A model generated the notes under the pieces. That model was not told the DNA's origin. It saw only the letters and a program-made list of their open reading frames with translations, and searched no databases. Positions 35,234 through 47,100 of a stretch of DNA of 64,000 nucleotides are shown piece after piece. Made by a program: the position numbers and the translations under genes. Where the stretch lies: contig CAJINV010000001.1 in assembly GCA_905178155.1 (NCBI GenBank), forward strand, positions 9,011,865 through 9,075,864, read 5' to 3'. The number at the start of each line of letters is the position of its first letter. Within the stretch, counting starts at the first letter, position 1. The DNA comes from Amoebophrya sp. A120 (Eukaryota > Protista > Dinoflagellata).

Positions 35234-36478
35234 CTAGTATCGCATTCTCTTGCACACGCCGCCATCGAGCACAAGTTCCTGGCCCGTCATAAAGCCGCTT
35301 TTGTTAGCATCCGCGAGGAAGACAACCGCGTTGGCGACGTCGTCCGGCCGCCCGATGCGACTTACGGAATGCCAAACGCAATCACCCTCGTCTGCCTTTT
35401 CGGTGCCGCCAGTGTCGATCCAACCAGGGCTGATGCAATTCACCCGCACGAACCGATTGCCCCGCGGATGGTTCGCGTTCTCGCCAAAAGAGGCCGCCTG
35501 GGCGTGCGTCAACGCTAGAAGACCGCCCTTCGCGGCGGCGTAGCCCTCTGTGTCCGGCTCGGACTGCGTTGCGCGAGTGCTGCTGACGTAGATAATTGAA
35601 ACATCTTGGCTGACATCTACTTCCGTCTCCCTGGTTGTACTAGCTGCATGTGGAAGTTGTTTCACATGCTTGTTCCCTTCCGCTCCATCTTCCTTCCTCG
35701 CGGCAGACGCTCGCGGTTGCTGGGCTTTCTGTGCGCGCCGCAATTTCTCACCAACGTCGTCGATTGACTCGTCGCTTGAAAAATCCCGGTGCGGGTGCAT
35801 CTCGCCAGCACTTGCAGGGAGACCAGTGGCGTTGCTGATCTGAAGTGGCGGAAAGAAATCTTTGCACACTTCGGTGAGGATGAAACCGCCGCGCAGGTGC
35901 CCTTCGAGGAAAAGATCGAAGGCTTTCAGTCTTTGCAGTATGGGCAGCTGCTCTTCATCCGCTGCCGAAGCTCCTTCTCGTTGACGCTTTTGGTCGTCTT
36001 GTCTTTGCCTTGCTTGCGATTCTGCCTCCACTTTCATGCACTGTTCCAATCCCTCCTGCATGGTGGGCTTGGCGAAGCCCGCGCAATGAACCACAACGCA
36101 AACGTGCGCTGACGGTGAGGAGAGAGTGCCTGACGACGACGATTTTCCAGCTTTGGGTTCGTAGCTCGGATCCAAAAGGCACATCGCCGACCGTAAGCTC
36201 CGCGACAATCCGACGGCGTCCGCGATGTTGCACTTGACAAAAACGAAATACGCAGCATCAGCCTGCAACTCCGTCTGATCCGGAATGAAGTTTAGCTCCT
36301 GTTCGTCTATACCAATCACGCTGTACTCTCCGGACCGAAGAAGCGCACGACACACCGCCCAACCAATGCCTTCCCGGCGCGCGCACCCGCTCACGACGGC
36401 AACCCTCAAAGCTGGCGGGCGGCCTGCGGGCTTCTCTCTTTTCGGAGACGACGGTGCAGCAGCACGGGCGCGTGACAT
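35234..36478 (-). CDS. Short-chain dehydrogenase/reductase (SDR)
   Basis: VAVVSGCARREGIG, HCAG, IIYVSS, catalytic YAAAK, VRVNCISPGWIDT, FMTGQELVLDGG. Confidence 0.92.
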   Translation of the reverse strand: MSRARAAAPSSPKREKPAGRPPALRVAVVSGCARREGIGWAVCRALLRSGEYSVIGIDEQELNFIPDQTELQADAAYFVFVKCNIADAVGLSRSLRSAMCLLDPSYEPKAGKSSSSGTLSSPSAHVCVVVHCAGFAKPTMQEGLEQCMKVEAESQARQRQDDQKRQREGASAADEEQLPILQRLKAFDLFLEGHLRGGFILTEVCKDFFPPLQISNATGLPASAGEMHPHRDFSSDESIDDVGEKLRRAQKAQQPRASAARKEDGAEGNKHVKQLPHAASTTRETEVDVSQDVSIIYVSSTRATQSEPDTEGYAAAKGGLLALTHAQAASFGENANHPRGNRFVRVNCISPGWIDTGGTEKADEGDCVWHSVSRIGRPDDVANAVVFLADANKSGFMTGQELVLDGGVCKRMRY

Positions 36479-37003
36479 CTTGAGTTGACGTAGTCGATGT
36501 GAAGATCATGCGGCTTTAATGCCGTCTAGAGAGTAAAGAAGGGTCCCCATTTTTTGCGCTCCTGTGCTTCCGCACGAACGGAAAGTCCGCCCCGTAGGTT
36601 CTCTCATGCTATCCCCCACCTTCGGGATGCCCAACCAAGACAACACGGAGACCAGGACGGTCACGCTCCGGTAGGCTAACTTGAACAAGGAAAAGCAAAT
36701 GGGAAACAAGCGTGATGGCTCTGGCTGTGAAAATTTTCAAAGAGCTGCATGCAGCAGAAACATGCTAGAAAACAAACTCCAAGTCGGTCCTGATCGTGAA
36801 ACAAAACTATACCGATTGGTGGATCAGCCTCTGCCCTTGGCAGAAGCGGTTTCCGTGTCGCCAACATTGTCGCTCAACTACTAGGTAAATTGAAATTCTA
36901 GATGTAGATCCCAAAACGAAAAAAAAAACTTGCTTTTCCAAAAATAGTTCGATATAGAAAACGAAAACATTCGACCTCCTAAGCCCTTTCTCCCGCTTCA
37001 GGA

Positions 37004-38732
37004 TTACGCCACCTTTTGCCTCTTGGCCGCCAACATGACTGGCATCTCATCACTAGCAGAACCAGGAGACGCCGTATTCACCGCCGGACTCACGCCATAT
37101 GCAGCATCCAAGGCCTTGATCATCCCGCTCATGTCTTTCGGTGCAGTTGCGCAGTGCCCCGCAGCGTGGTAGTGCGCACCGTAATTCCTGACCGCTTGTT
37201 TCTCCAACAAGTCAGAGTCGGCCCAGAACGACCCCACCGCATTCAAAAGCGCTCTGATTTTTTGGTAGCCGGGTTGCGTCTGGCCGCGGGTGCTGGAGCT
37301 AGAGGAAGCCGCGGCGGACGGCGCAGAAGATCCGGTTCCGATGTTCAACTTTTTTTTGATGCATTCAGCAACTGTTTCGTACTCGTCATCGCGGACGCAG
37401 GAAGAAAAGCAAGGGTCCGCCCCCTCGCGCAACAGATAGTACACCACATCAGCGTGACCTGGTTCAAGAAGGTTTTCATGACAGGAGTGCTGCCCCTTCA
37501 GTCAATTATTCCTTTGCGCCCCTTCGGAAGCCAAAAGATCAGTTCTTCTTATGAAATGAATTACACAACATGATACATTTCCAAAAAGAAACCCTACCGC
37601 TCCGCACCGCTCCCAAAATCGCCGTGTCGCCGAACCACTCCCACTCTTTGTTACTGTAATCGCCAACCTCGGTCCAGCGCCGGGCGTAGTTCAAGAAGCG
37701 ACTTTTCTCCACTTTTCCCTTGGCTGCGGCGCCGCCAACCGCTCTTTTCACCGCGGCTAGGTCGCCACGCTTCGCCGCCTTCACCAGCTCGGAATCTTCT
37801 TCGTCCTTGCGCACCATGCGCCCACGGTAATCGAAGCAGTACTCCCCGTCGGAGCCGAAATCCGAGCTACAGTAGCCCCCTTGCTGGTCGCGCTTCCGCT
37901 GCCGCTGCTGTTCCTTTTTCTCCTGCTGCCGCCGTTCCTGTTGTCGTTTTTTCTCCTGCGCCTCAGGATTTTCCGGGCAATTGGCCTTCGTGTGCCCGTA
38001 CTGCTTGCAAAACCCGCACTTCCGCTGCCCCGCTTTGGCCTGCTTTTCCGCTTCCTTCTCGATTGCCTCCTCCTGGCGCTTCTTTTCGCAGTAATTAGCG
38101 AATTTGCGAAAGTTTCCGTCTAGCCGGCCGAAGAGCTTCCCTTTCCGCTCCTGTTGCAGCTGGCCGCAGACCCAAGTGACGTATTTCTTGTCGGTTTTGT
38201 ACACGTCCTGGTACAACTCGCCATTGTGCTTTCCAAACATCACCTTGCAAGAAGTGCCCCAGATAGCATCCGCGGCACTGTAGGCTTGCTGCACACCGTT
38301 ACCTCCAGCGCCGACCTGATTTGCAGGGCCATTGTTGTTCGCGGCTCCGGGGGCACCACCTCCAATAGCCGGCTCTTTTCCATTCGGCGCGTTGCCCCCC
38401 TGGTGCTGCTGCTGCTGCTGGCGTAGCTTCTTGTCCGCATCCAGCTTCCTCAGAGCCTCAGCTTTCCGCTGTGCCTCCTCCCGCTTCTCCTGTGCCTCGT
38501 CGACTCTCCGGCGCTTCTCCGCGTACTTCGCAAAATCTTGGAACGCTTGGTCTTTCGGCTTGCTGTGGTCGTGGCGGGAGGCCCGCAACTGGTCCACGCA
38601 CCACCACGCGTACTGCCGCGCCGTGTCGTAAACGGCTTTGAAGGTCTTTCCCTTGTGCTTCCCGAAAGAAATGCAGCGGTCGCCTTCCGGGCCATTTTCG
38701 CTGTTGGCGGGGGAAATAGCTGTGTTCCACAT
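37004..38732 (-). CDS. Protein with two FGKH(K/N)G ExoX-C/DUF3820-like repeats, a CCHC zinc knuckle and ankyrin repeats
   Basis: ISFGKHKGKTFKAVYD..RQYAWWC and VMFGKHNGELYQDVYK..KKYVTWV. Knuckle CGFCKQYGHTKANC. Ankyrin-like LVKAAKRGDLAAVK and GDTAILGAVRSG/HADVVYYLLREGADP across GT-AG intron 37459-37597. Confidence 0.75.
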
Positions 38733-39455
38733 GCTTTTATACAGCTTTTCTTTGATTCAACTACTGCTCACAAAAGATAAAGAACAGGAATACCTCCAAA
38801 AATACATCAATGCGTACTATCAACACGACAGAGGCTCTGTCCAGCCATCTCACTTCAGGGGTGACTGAAAAAAAAGCCGTAAAAGAGTATGAAATGAATA
38901 ACGCCGAAGAAAAGTACACTGCAGGTACTGAAGCGGATCCGTTTCTTGTTGACCAGCCATCGTCATATGCTTTCACACAACGCGCTTTTTTTTCCGTCCG
39001 ACGAAACGGAGCGCTTAGGAACGAGTTTGCCTACACCTTGCGTGGCAAGAAGACCTTCCCGGGTAACCCAAAGACATGCATATGAAGACGTGCCTTGAGT
39101 GCACCTGTTCTAAGAGAAAGACGAAGACGATGAACATCCGGCTGCAATGAATAGGTCCATCTTCCATTCACGTTGGGAAGCGTGTGGAGTGGCGTCATGC
39201 AGACGTCGAACACGAGGCGCAGCGAGGTTCGTGGCATTCAAAGAAAGCGATCCTTTGTCATATCTGTGCTGATACTTTGGAATAAGATAGTGAGCAAGAG
39301 CAAGTCGAGACGCCGCAAACCAAAAAGCAGATCTTCAATTCAGAGAGATTGGTAGTACTTACATTGCAGGTTTCTGCATGGAATGAAATGTTAATGTCTC
39401 CATCTGACCCTACCCCACATCGTAAAGTTCCTCGCTTCACGAAAAAGAATCGCCG

Positions 39456-40490
39456 TCACCGAATTGTGATGGTGCTTCTCTCTGGGTTGTTCCGGATCCG
39501 GTTCGCAGTGTTTGGTGGCATCGACACTATCTTCACCGGAACACCCATCAAGTTTGCGTTTTTGAAGGCCCATAAACGTCGGTGGGAAAGTGTGTAGTAG
39601 TAACCGCTGTGCTTCACGACCTCCATTGGTTCGATGTCTTCCACAGAAAGATCACCCGACCGAAGCTGTGCGGCTGTAAAATAGATCGATTTTCCGCAAC
39701 TGAACGTGTCCGAGATGCTGTCGTTAATGTAGAAGACGTCGATCGTGTCAACGTAGGTAATCTCATCATCCAGGGCGCAGGCAAGGCTGTACCCCCCTCC
39801 GCGCCATACAGTCGACCCATCTGCGTATCTGATAAAATACGCGTGTTCATCAAATGAAGAAAAGCTGAGGAACGCCACGTCCTCATCCGGGGGAAGGTCC
39901 TTGACGAGTGGTGTGAGCTCCTGCACAATCGGGCCGCCCCAGAACGCTCTTGTATTGCTGTACTTGATGTAGTAGTTCCCCCCCGCGCCCAGTGCAATGA
40001 CCTCGAGCTCAGAACTGTTGTCCCTCATTGACTGCTGGATGTTGTGTGGAAAACCAGCACTCCAAGATCTAGTCAGGCCATCTTTTCTTTGGCCGGAAAT
40101 GATGTACATTCCGTTGGGTCCGAGAGCGACATTATCGACCCGCGTGAACTCAGCCACCGTCCTATCGAATTCGGAACTCACGTTCCAAAGCGACCGTCCG
40201 CTGTTCAACTCTATGTAATAGGTCGGCGTCGGAACGCTTTCGGAACTTGACGAACGGCTGTCGTCATCCATGTCTGTATCTCCGTCTCCGTCATTGACTT
40301 CTTGTGAGCTGCCAAAGACCATGATTTTTGGCCGTGTGTATTTCAGACTTCTTTTCGGAAAGCCGTTACCCGTAATAGCCTGCACTGTCGATCGTGCGAC
40401 CAGTGGAAGTTCGCGGGAGCACCCATAAAATTCGTCGTCGTCCCACGCCACCCATTGCCGGCCTGCTCCACAAAAAGCTACTTTTGCCAT
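39456..40490 (-). CDS. Intronless protein, beta-repeat region plus C-terminal ParB/Srx-like domain (paralog 1)
   Basis: ATG at 40490 (MAKVAFCG). Repeats VALGPNGMYII and IALGAGGNYYIKY. C-terminus VFYINDSISDTFSCG...IEPMEVVKHSGYYYTLSHRRLWAFK. Confidence 0.7.
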   Translation of the reverse strand: MAKVAFCGAGRQWVAWDDDEFYGCSRELPLVARSTVQAITGNGFPKRSLKYTRPKIMVFGSSQEVNDGDGDTDMDDDSRSSSSESVPTPTYYIELNSGRSLWNVSSEFDRTVAEFTRVDNVALGPNGMYIISGQRKDGLTRSWSAGFPHNIQQSMRDNSSELEVIALGAGGNYYIKYSNTRAFWGGPIVQELTPLVKDLPPDEDVAFLSFSSFDEHAYFIRYADGSTVWRGGGYSLACALDDEITYVDTIDVFYINDSISDTFSCGKSIYFTAAQLRSGDLSVEDIEPMEVVKHSGYYYTLSHRRLWAFKNANLMGVPVKIVSMPPNTANRIRNNPERSTITIR

Positions 40491-40764
40491 GATGTCTTTG
40501 TCTAGAAGTATAGTGCATTCGTTCGCCCTGCAGTACAATCATCAACGTATCTATCAGCTAACTTCGCATTCGCTCTGCTACGCTAACAATCAAGTTCAAA
40601 ATCGCTGGAGTTGCTTGCAGACCCGTGTAACGTCACTGCCAAGAACATAAGAAATTCACCAATCAAGCGGTTTCTATTCCACACCGCAAAGAAAACCGCT
40701 CAAGCCAGAATCAGAAAGGGCTACATTGCATTTTGATAAAGTTATCACATCAAATTGGTTTGTT

Positions 40765-41718
40765 TCATACAACGCTTACCGCGGTTCTACTTGGATTCTT
40801 CTTTATTTTTTTGAGCATACCAACAGGCATATCCACTACTTTCACTGGAACCCCAACTAGATTTGCATTAATGAAGGCCCACAAACGTCGGTGCGACAGA
40901 GTATAGTACTTGTCGCTGTGTTTGACTACTTCTATTGGCTCTATGTCTTCCACAGAAATGGTGCCTTTTTTCAAATCCTCTGCAGTCTTGAAGATTGACT
41001 TTCCACAACTGAATGTATCTCTTATGGTCTCATGTACGTAAAAAATCTTCTGTGTGTCAAAGTAATGTATTTTGTCATCCAGCAATGCTATGAACAAACT
41101 CTCTCCTCCGCCACGCCAATCAGCAGTCCCGTCTGAAAACGTAATGTAGTATGCCTCTTCGTCAAAAGCTGAGAAAACAACGTCCGTAATATCTTCTTCC
41201 AAATCCTCGAAAAGTTCCGTAAGCGTCGCACTTATCGCTCCGCCCCACATATTTCTCCCGCTGCTGTACTGAATGAAATAATTGCCGCCAGCTCCCAACG
41301 CAGCAATGTCCAGGCTCGAAGTATTGTTATTCAACGACTGAGCGACGTTTTCTGGAACTCCCTTCCAAGAGCGAGGAGAGGTAGCTGACTCCCCTGCAAT
41401 GATGTAACTTCCCTCACAACCCAGTGCAACAATCTCCACATCGTCGTACTTCTCCATTGCCTCGTCGAAGTCCCTGCTCACGTTCCACCTTGAGGGCCCG
41501 TCACCAAAGTCGATGTAGTGGGACAAAGCCCCGCCCTCCGCCATGCCGAAGTCCGCTATCGTGGGCGGACCGTAACCGAGATTTTGCCGCGGGATACCGG
41601 CAGAAGCGCGCACCATGGAGCGGACGCTTGCGGGAAGTTTGTGCGAATGCCCGATGACACTGTCTTCGTCCCAAGCGATCCATTGTTCGCGTCCACAAAA
41701 AGCTACACTTTGTGCCAT
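40765..41718 (-). CDS. Intronless protein, beta-repeat region plus C-terminal ParB/Srx-like domain (paralog 2)
   Basis: Collinear with 39456-40490 (VAFCG..QW.AWD, ALGAGGNY, WRGGG.SL, DTFSCGKSI, YYTLSHRRLWAF). Confidence 0.72.
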   Translation of the reverse strand: MAQSVAFCGREQWIAWDEDSVIGHSHKLPASVRSMVRASAGIPRQNLGYGPPTIADFGMAEGGALSHYIDFGDGPSRWNVSRDFDEAMEKYDDVEIVALGCEGSYIIAGESATSPRSWKGVPENVAQSLNNNTSSLDIAALGAGGNYFIQYSSGRNMWGGAISATLTELFEDLEEDITDVVFSAFDEEAYYITFSDGTADWRGGGESLFIALLDDKIHYFDTQKIFYVHETIRDTFSCGKSIFKTAEDLKKGTISVEDIEPIEVVKHSDKYYTLSHRRLWAFINANLVGVPVKVVDMPVGMLKKIKKNPSRTAVSVV

Positions 41719-42613
41719 GTTTATGTTTCTTTGATACTACTTTTCCAAAAGCACTCGGACGAAATCAGGTGTAAGTCAAATTCAAATGCGATACACTGTT
41801 TACCAAATACAAACAATGAACTCATAGACAGGAATCGGATCGGAACTTGAAAGAAAAATATGCACGAAATCATAAATCGGTCAAATCGATCTCGAATAGG
41901 AATAGGCAATGGCACTGGTGAAAATGATGCAAGGTCGTCAGCGATGCAGTCGAACCAATCTCGGACACCGACCTGAAGCTTGTAACCCAGGATATCCTGC
42001 CACGATGATATCTTGATCTTCATGTTGATCCTTTCCTTGTTCTTCCTCACCTTTTTGTGTTTGCATTTTTCGAATGCACTGCAATCGGGTCTTTGCAGAC
42101 CTTGATCAACTGGTGCGACAGGGAACTTGGACCACTCACTGAACAACTTTGATCAGCTTTTTCATCTTCCCCATTGATGTTCGTGGAGCTCGTCGTTATT
42201 GGGCGTGATTGCGATCCCTGCGGAGAAACAGCTTGCGTAAGTAGCCTTCGCTCGATCACACTGCCAGGATGAGCGTGGTAGCCTGAGTCACAACGCATTC
42301 AATGCCAGGATAGCAGGAGCCGAGGCGAGAAAATTTGCAAAAATTAAAATTCCAAGGCGTCGTCGCCATACGTACGCGAGCCCTGGTTCCCCATCAGCAT
42401 GTCCTCACATGACGGCAAAAAAATTGTTTCATGTAGCAAAACAACCCCTGAGGGTCCACGTCAAACTGGCAACCGCATGCGGACTGTAACGTCAACGCGT
42501 GGCGGCGCGGGAGCGGACGACCACTAAAACTAATGCATTCTTCGCGGTCGCGGACGGTGAGCGGCATTGTAAATCGGATGCCAAAACGGAGGAAAACTTC
42601 GCGATCGTCTCCA

Positions 42614-43900
42614 TCAGTGTGGCAAAAACTTTCCCTGGTCCAACCGGGCCATTTCTTCATGGTACTCCAGCATCAATGTGTCCACGTCCGCTTCCTCGGT
42701 ATCTCCTATCCTTTCCTTTTCGATTTCCTCCGTCAACCTATCGCTCTCGAACGCCTGGAACAAGAAATTTGCCAACGCGAGCTGCGGCTCCAGCGGGCGA
42801 GCGTCCAGAAGGTACTCTGCGCAGTCCTGAAGTAGTTCCTCGATGCCGAACTCTAGAGCGTACCTGTTGTCGTGTGTATCGAGTGGTTGTAACGTGCAAG
42901 TAGTGCATGTAATGTCACTGCAGCACGGCAGCGTCACAAACTCAAGTCCACACCAATCGTTTTCCTACCTTTGGTCCGCTTCGCTCAGCTCCTTGTCGTG
43001 ATTCAAGACCGGTATTCTCCACGGCTTCGCGGGAAGCAATGCTTTCTGGTCGCGATAGACGTTCAGCTCAATCTCCGCCATGATGAAGCGACAAGGCTTG
43101 CCCGGTGGTCCCACCGGAATTTCTTCCGGCTTGAGAAGCACCCGGTCGCCCATAGACTTTAGAAGTTGAAATTCCAGCAGCAGGTCCGGTTTCACCGTTG
43201 CTTCCCTGCGGACGAAGGACTGCGGGAAAGGAAACCACTGAATGCCGTCCGGATTGTTCATACCCAGTTTCTTCACCTCGTCCGCACCGGCCTCATCCTC
43301 GACGTACTCCTCCTTTCGAGGCTGTTTAGGTTTTTTTTATCAAGGGTTACGTCTGGCAATGCGCTGGCTTAGGCTCGCAAAAAGTTCACATAAACCACGA
43401 CAAAAATGACTTGCCGTACCTTCCGCACATTTGCCACCTGCACGATGGTCTCGGCGTAGTCCTGGTCCTGGTGCTTCCAAGGATTGTAAAAACGGACGGT
43501 GGTACAGTGAGGCCTCATTTTCGCGTTTCTGCCCTCGAACAGGTAGTCAGGCGTAGCTACATCTATAATCAATCAGTCCAGTTTTCTGAATAACCCTCAA
43601 ATGCCCCACGGTAGACGAAACAAGTACAGACGCTCTTAGCAGCTTGTCTGGTAACCATGCCAGGCCCAACAAGCGACAAAAGAAGCACTCCGGCGATCGT
43701 AGCTTTGATATACGTGCGCGCCTCTCTGCACACTCAAATCTTGTGCTGCGCAAAGCTCGACATCAAAAGAGAAGCAGCACAACCCAGGACTTTGTTTACC
43801 CCCGGTCCGACGCAGCTGCAGAGCAAGGCAACCAAGAACCTTCTCCAGGTGCAGAAGATTTTGAAACAAGGTTACCGCACTTTCCCTTTGACACTGCCAT
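42614..43900 (-). CDS. Multi-exon hypothetical protein with a C-terminal RIIa/Dpy-30-like docking motif; start uncertain
   Basis: Exons ...VANVRK/PRKEEY...EADQR/YALEFGIEELLQDCAEYLLDARPLEPQLALANFLF join via GT-AG introns (e.g. 42864-42968). Confidence 0.5.
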
Positions 43901-44182
43901 CTTCAAAACGTGCTCAAAACTGGTGTAAAAAGTTCATTTCCTCCATACCATTCATAGGTTAGGAGTTCTCTTTGGCGGGGAGTTACTTCACTCCGCGCTG
44001 GTGTTCGCACACTTGCTCCTTTTGTTACATTTCAATCTCGTGAATTTCTCGCATCACGAATTGATGTGGTTGGACCAAGGGCTCTTTCTATGCTCACAAG
44101 TATTCATTTGTAGGACCCTAGAGATCAAAGACGCTTCTCTGCTTCTTTGATGCAGCTCCGCAAAAATCGGTTATTTTTACGT

Positions 44183-47100
44183 TTACCCGAACAGATCCGA
44201 CGCGAACGCTGCCGCGAGATTCTTCTCCCCGACAAACAACGCCTCGATCGGCGCGTAGCCTTGATTTTCCAGGTTTTCTGGCAAGTTCGGGTTGAAATTC
44301 AACACCTGGCACCACGTCTCGTCTGGCTTGACCCAGAGGTGACGACTGAGCTTTTTCCCGAGCCACCACTTGCGCATCCGAGCCGTCGAGAACGGGCCGC
44401 GGACGAGACCTTCCTTGTCGGAGTAGTACCAAGTGGAATTCGATAAGTGCAGCTTGCTGAGTCGCTTCTTTTCGAAGTGAGCTGTTGATGTGGAATTTCG
44501 GTCGTTAGTACTGGTTCCCGAAGCTTGATGCTGATCTAACTCTTCCGAATTTGTGCTCGTCATCGCAACACTGGTGTTGTTGTTCTGTGCGGAAAAATTA
44601 CGCGTTGGAATGTTCTGCTGATGCAGCTCTGGATGAAGAGCAGCTCCTGCCTCGACGTCCTGCCCCACGTCCTCTCTCTGCATCAAAACTGTCCGCGGCA
44701 GAGTCAGCCCATCGACTTCTTCAACCTGCACCGGCCGCGGCGGCATTGAAATTGGGTGGAACTGCTCTTGGGGCTGGCGTCGGGGTGGGGCGAACGCCGT
44801 GCTGTGCGCTTTTCGCGTTACGCGAATTGACTTCCCAGGGCGATTCGGGCCTGCCTTCGAGCGACGCTCCTGCCTTCGGTTTACTTCTAGAAGATGTTGT
44901 TTCGAGAGATCTTTTGGCGATCTCGACTTGACTATACGCTGTTCGATTGTTCCCGCATTTAGAGCACTTTGTTGCACTACATTCTGTTCCGCTGGCGCCG
45001 CGCGTCCAGTGTCATGGAACAATTCCTGCAGCTCCCGTTGCTGATCCCCCAAGCCTCTGGCAGGCCCCTCCCGCCGTGCAGCGCCTGGCGCCCCTGTGCG
45101 TTCTACGATCGCCTTCGCCGGTTGCTGCACTCGGTACAGATAGGGTTCCTCCGGAGTCTGGTGCCGCACTTCTTCGTACTGAAAACTCGCCAGAGGCTGC
45201 ATAGGCTGGTGCTCGATTGCAACGCCCCTCGCATACGGTGGGTTGTACTTTTGCCTCGTGCCATTCTTGTACTGGTGGCTACTCACAACCGATTTCGCGT
45301 CCTCAGCACGGCAGTCGTAAACAGAGGGTGGCTCGTGCTGCAGGAACTGGATATTACGCTCGCTTGTCACATGCCTTACCGGAAAGGCTTGCTCCTGTCC
45401 TCCACCACAATACTCCTCAAGCGTCACCTCTTCTAACTCTGGTACGGTTGGATAACAAGGTTGATGAAAGTGCCGGTCCTCGCCACTACTCATGTGAATA
45501 GGCTGCATATGCCCATCCTGGTCATACGCAGCGTGATCGAATTGCGGCATCGCTTCCTCGCCTTCCGCAAAGACAAAGTCCTGACCCACGACATCGTCGT
45601 GGAAGTATTCGCCCTGGAGAAAACCAGGATCTTCCCGATCGAACTGCTCATCCATCCCAACGTCGACGAAATCGTAGAGCGCAATCGGCGAGCCTTCGCC
45701 CAGATAGTGCCCATGATCATCGAAAATGCCCTGTGGCGTTCGGTCTCCGCTGTCGCTGCTGGTGCCCGAGGGCGCGTTTTTCGTGTTTTCTCCCAGTGGT
45801 CCTCGCGGCCTCTTCTGCATCTTCCCACCTTGTTGACGTCCACTTTCTCCTGTTGTGGATGATTCTCCGTCACGCACCACATCTTCCCCACGCTTCTTCA
45901 AGTAGCAGCAGTAGAACGCAAACGCAAGAATTAGGAAAAAGCACAGCAGCCCAACTACAAGCAACACCGCCATCGTCACGATGCCGACCGACGGCTGCTC
46001 CAGGTTGCCCCGCTCGGGCACTTTGTTTTTCAAAACGAACAGCACCAAATCCTCCGCGTTGAAGACGTCAGAGATCGGGACTTTCTCCGCGTTGACGACC
46101 GTCACGGCTGTCTTCGCAAGCTCGTCCTCATCCTTTACAAGGTCAATTGGAAGTTGCACAGAAAATTCCGCAATGCCGTCCGTTTCTACCGTTTGGGCGG
46201 TGCCGGCGCTGGACGCATTTGTACCAGCTGCTGTGCTCAACTCTCGTCGCGTTCGAAAGAAACTTGGACCCGGTGAGCTTTCTGTTTCATTCAAATGTAC
46301 AGCGAGCCAGGCCTGCTCGTTCAGCAGGAGCCAGGTAGTTGGGCTTTCCGGGAGGTTAGGCAGCTGACTTCCAACACTGGCACTTCCAGCAGCTGTAGTT
46401 CCGGTGCTGGTCGAAGAAGCGCTCAAAGATGGAAACAATGCAGTCTGCGAATCCGCACTCCCACAGGAGTGTGAATACCCACTGACAAAAGCGATGTCAG
46501 GATTCCGGTTTAAACGCATCACCCAGGGGATTCCGGCAACCACGGGCTGCGAACTAACTCCGTCGCACATTCGATCGGCTCGCGGTTCGTCGGTTAATTC
46601 GTAGCGGGTACGTATCAAGCTCTTCTCATCATCGGCTGTGGCTAGGGGCTTCAACCTGCAGTCGAGCGTTTGCGCATCCAAGTCGCAAACGAATACGCGT
46701 TCGCCACGCAAGCAGAAAAACGAGGCCAGATCCGTCAGCGACGAAAAGGGACCGAGCGGGCTAGCACCAGCAGGAGCTGAAGTAGAAGTCGAGGTCGCGT
46801 TACTTCCTTCGGACGAGGCGACAAGATAGTCCCTTGTGACGTTCAGAGCTTGGGCAATCTCCGCCGACAACTTGCACACAGGATCGATGCCGACCAACTC
46901 GCGCGCGGTCAGACGGTTCCAGGCCGGCAAGTCCGGGAGAGTGAGCGCAAGAGCGGCGGTCTGTGGTTCAGAGCAGACTCCGCTGCCTTCAACGTTCCAC
47001 CGGCATTGAAAGATCTCGCAACTTTCCTGGGCCGGAATGTTGCTACACTTGAAGACCGACCCCTGACCGGCAAACTGTCTTGCTCGGCACAGCGTCGCCG

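Noticed and set aside
36479-36500. CTCAAG immediately upstream of the SDR ATG, matching the 3' end of the dinoflagellate spliced leader
   Set aside because: Only 6 nt match; the upstream SL sequence (CCATTTTGG) is absent.
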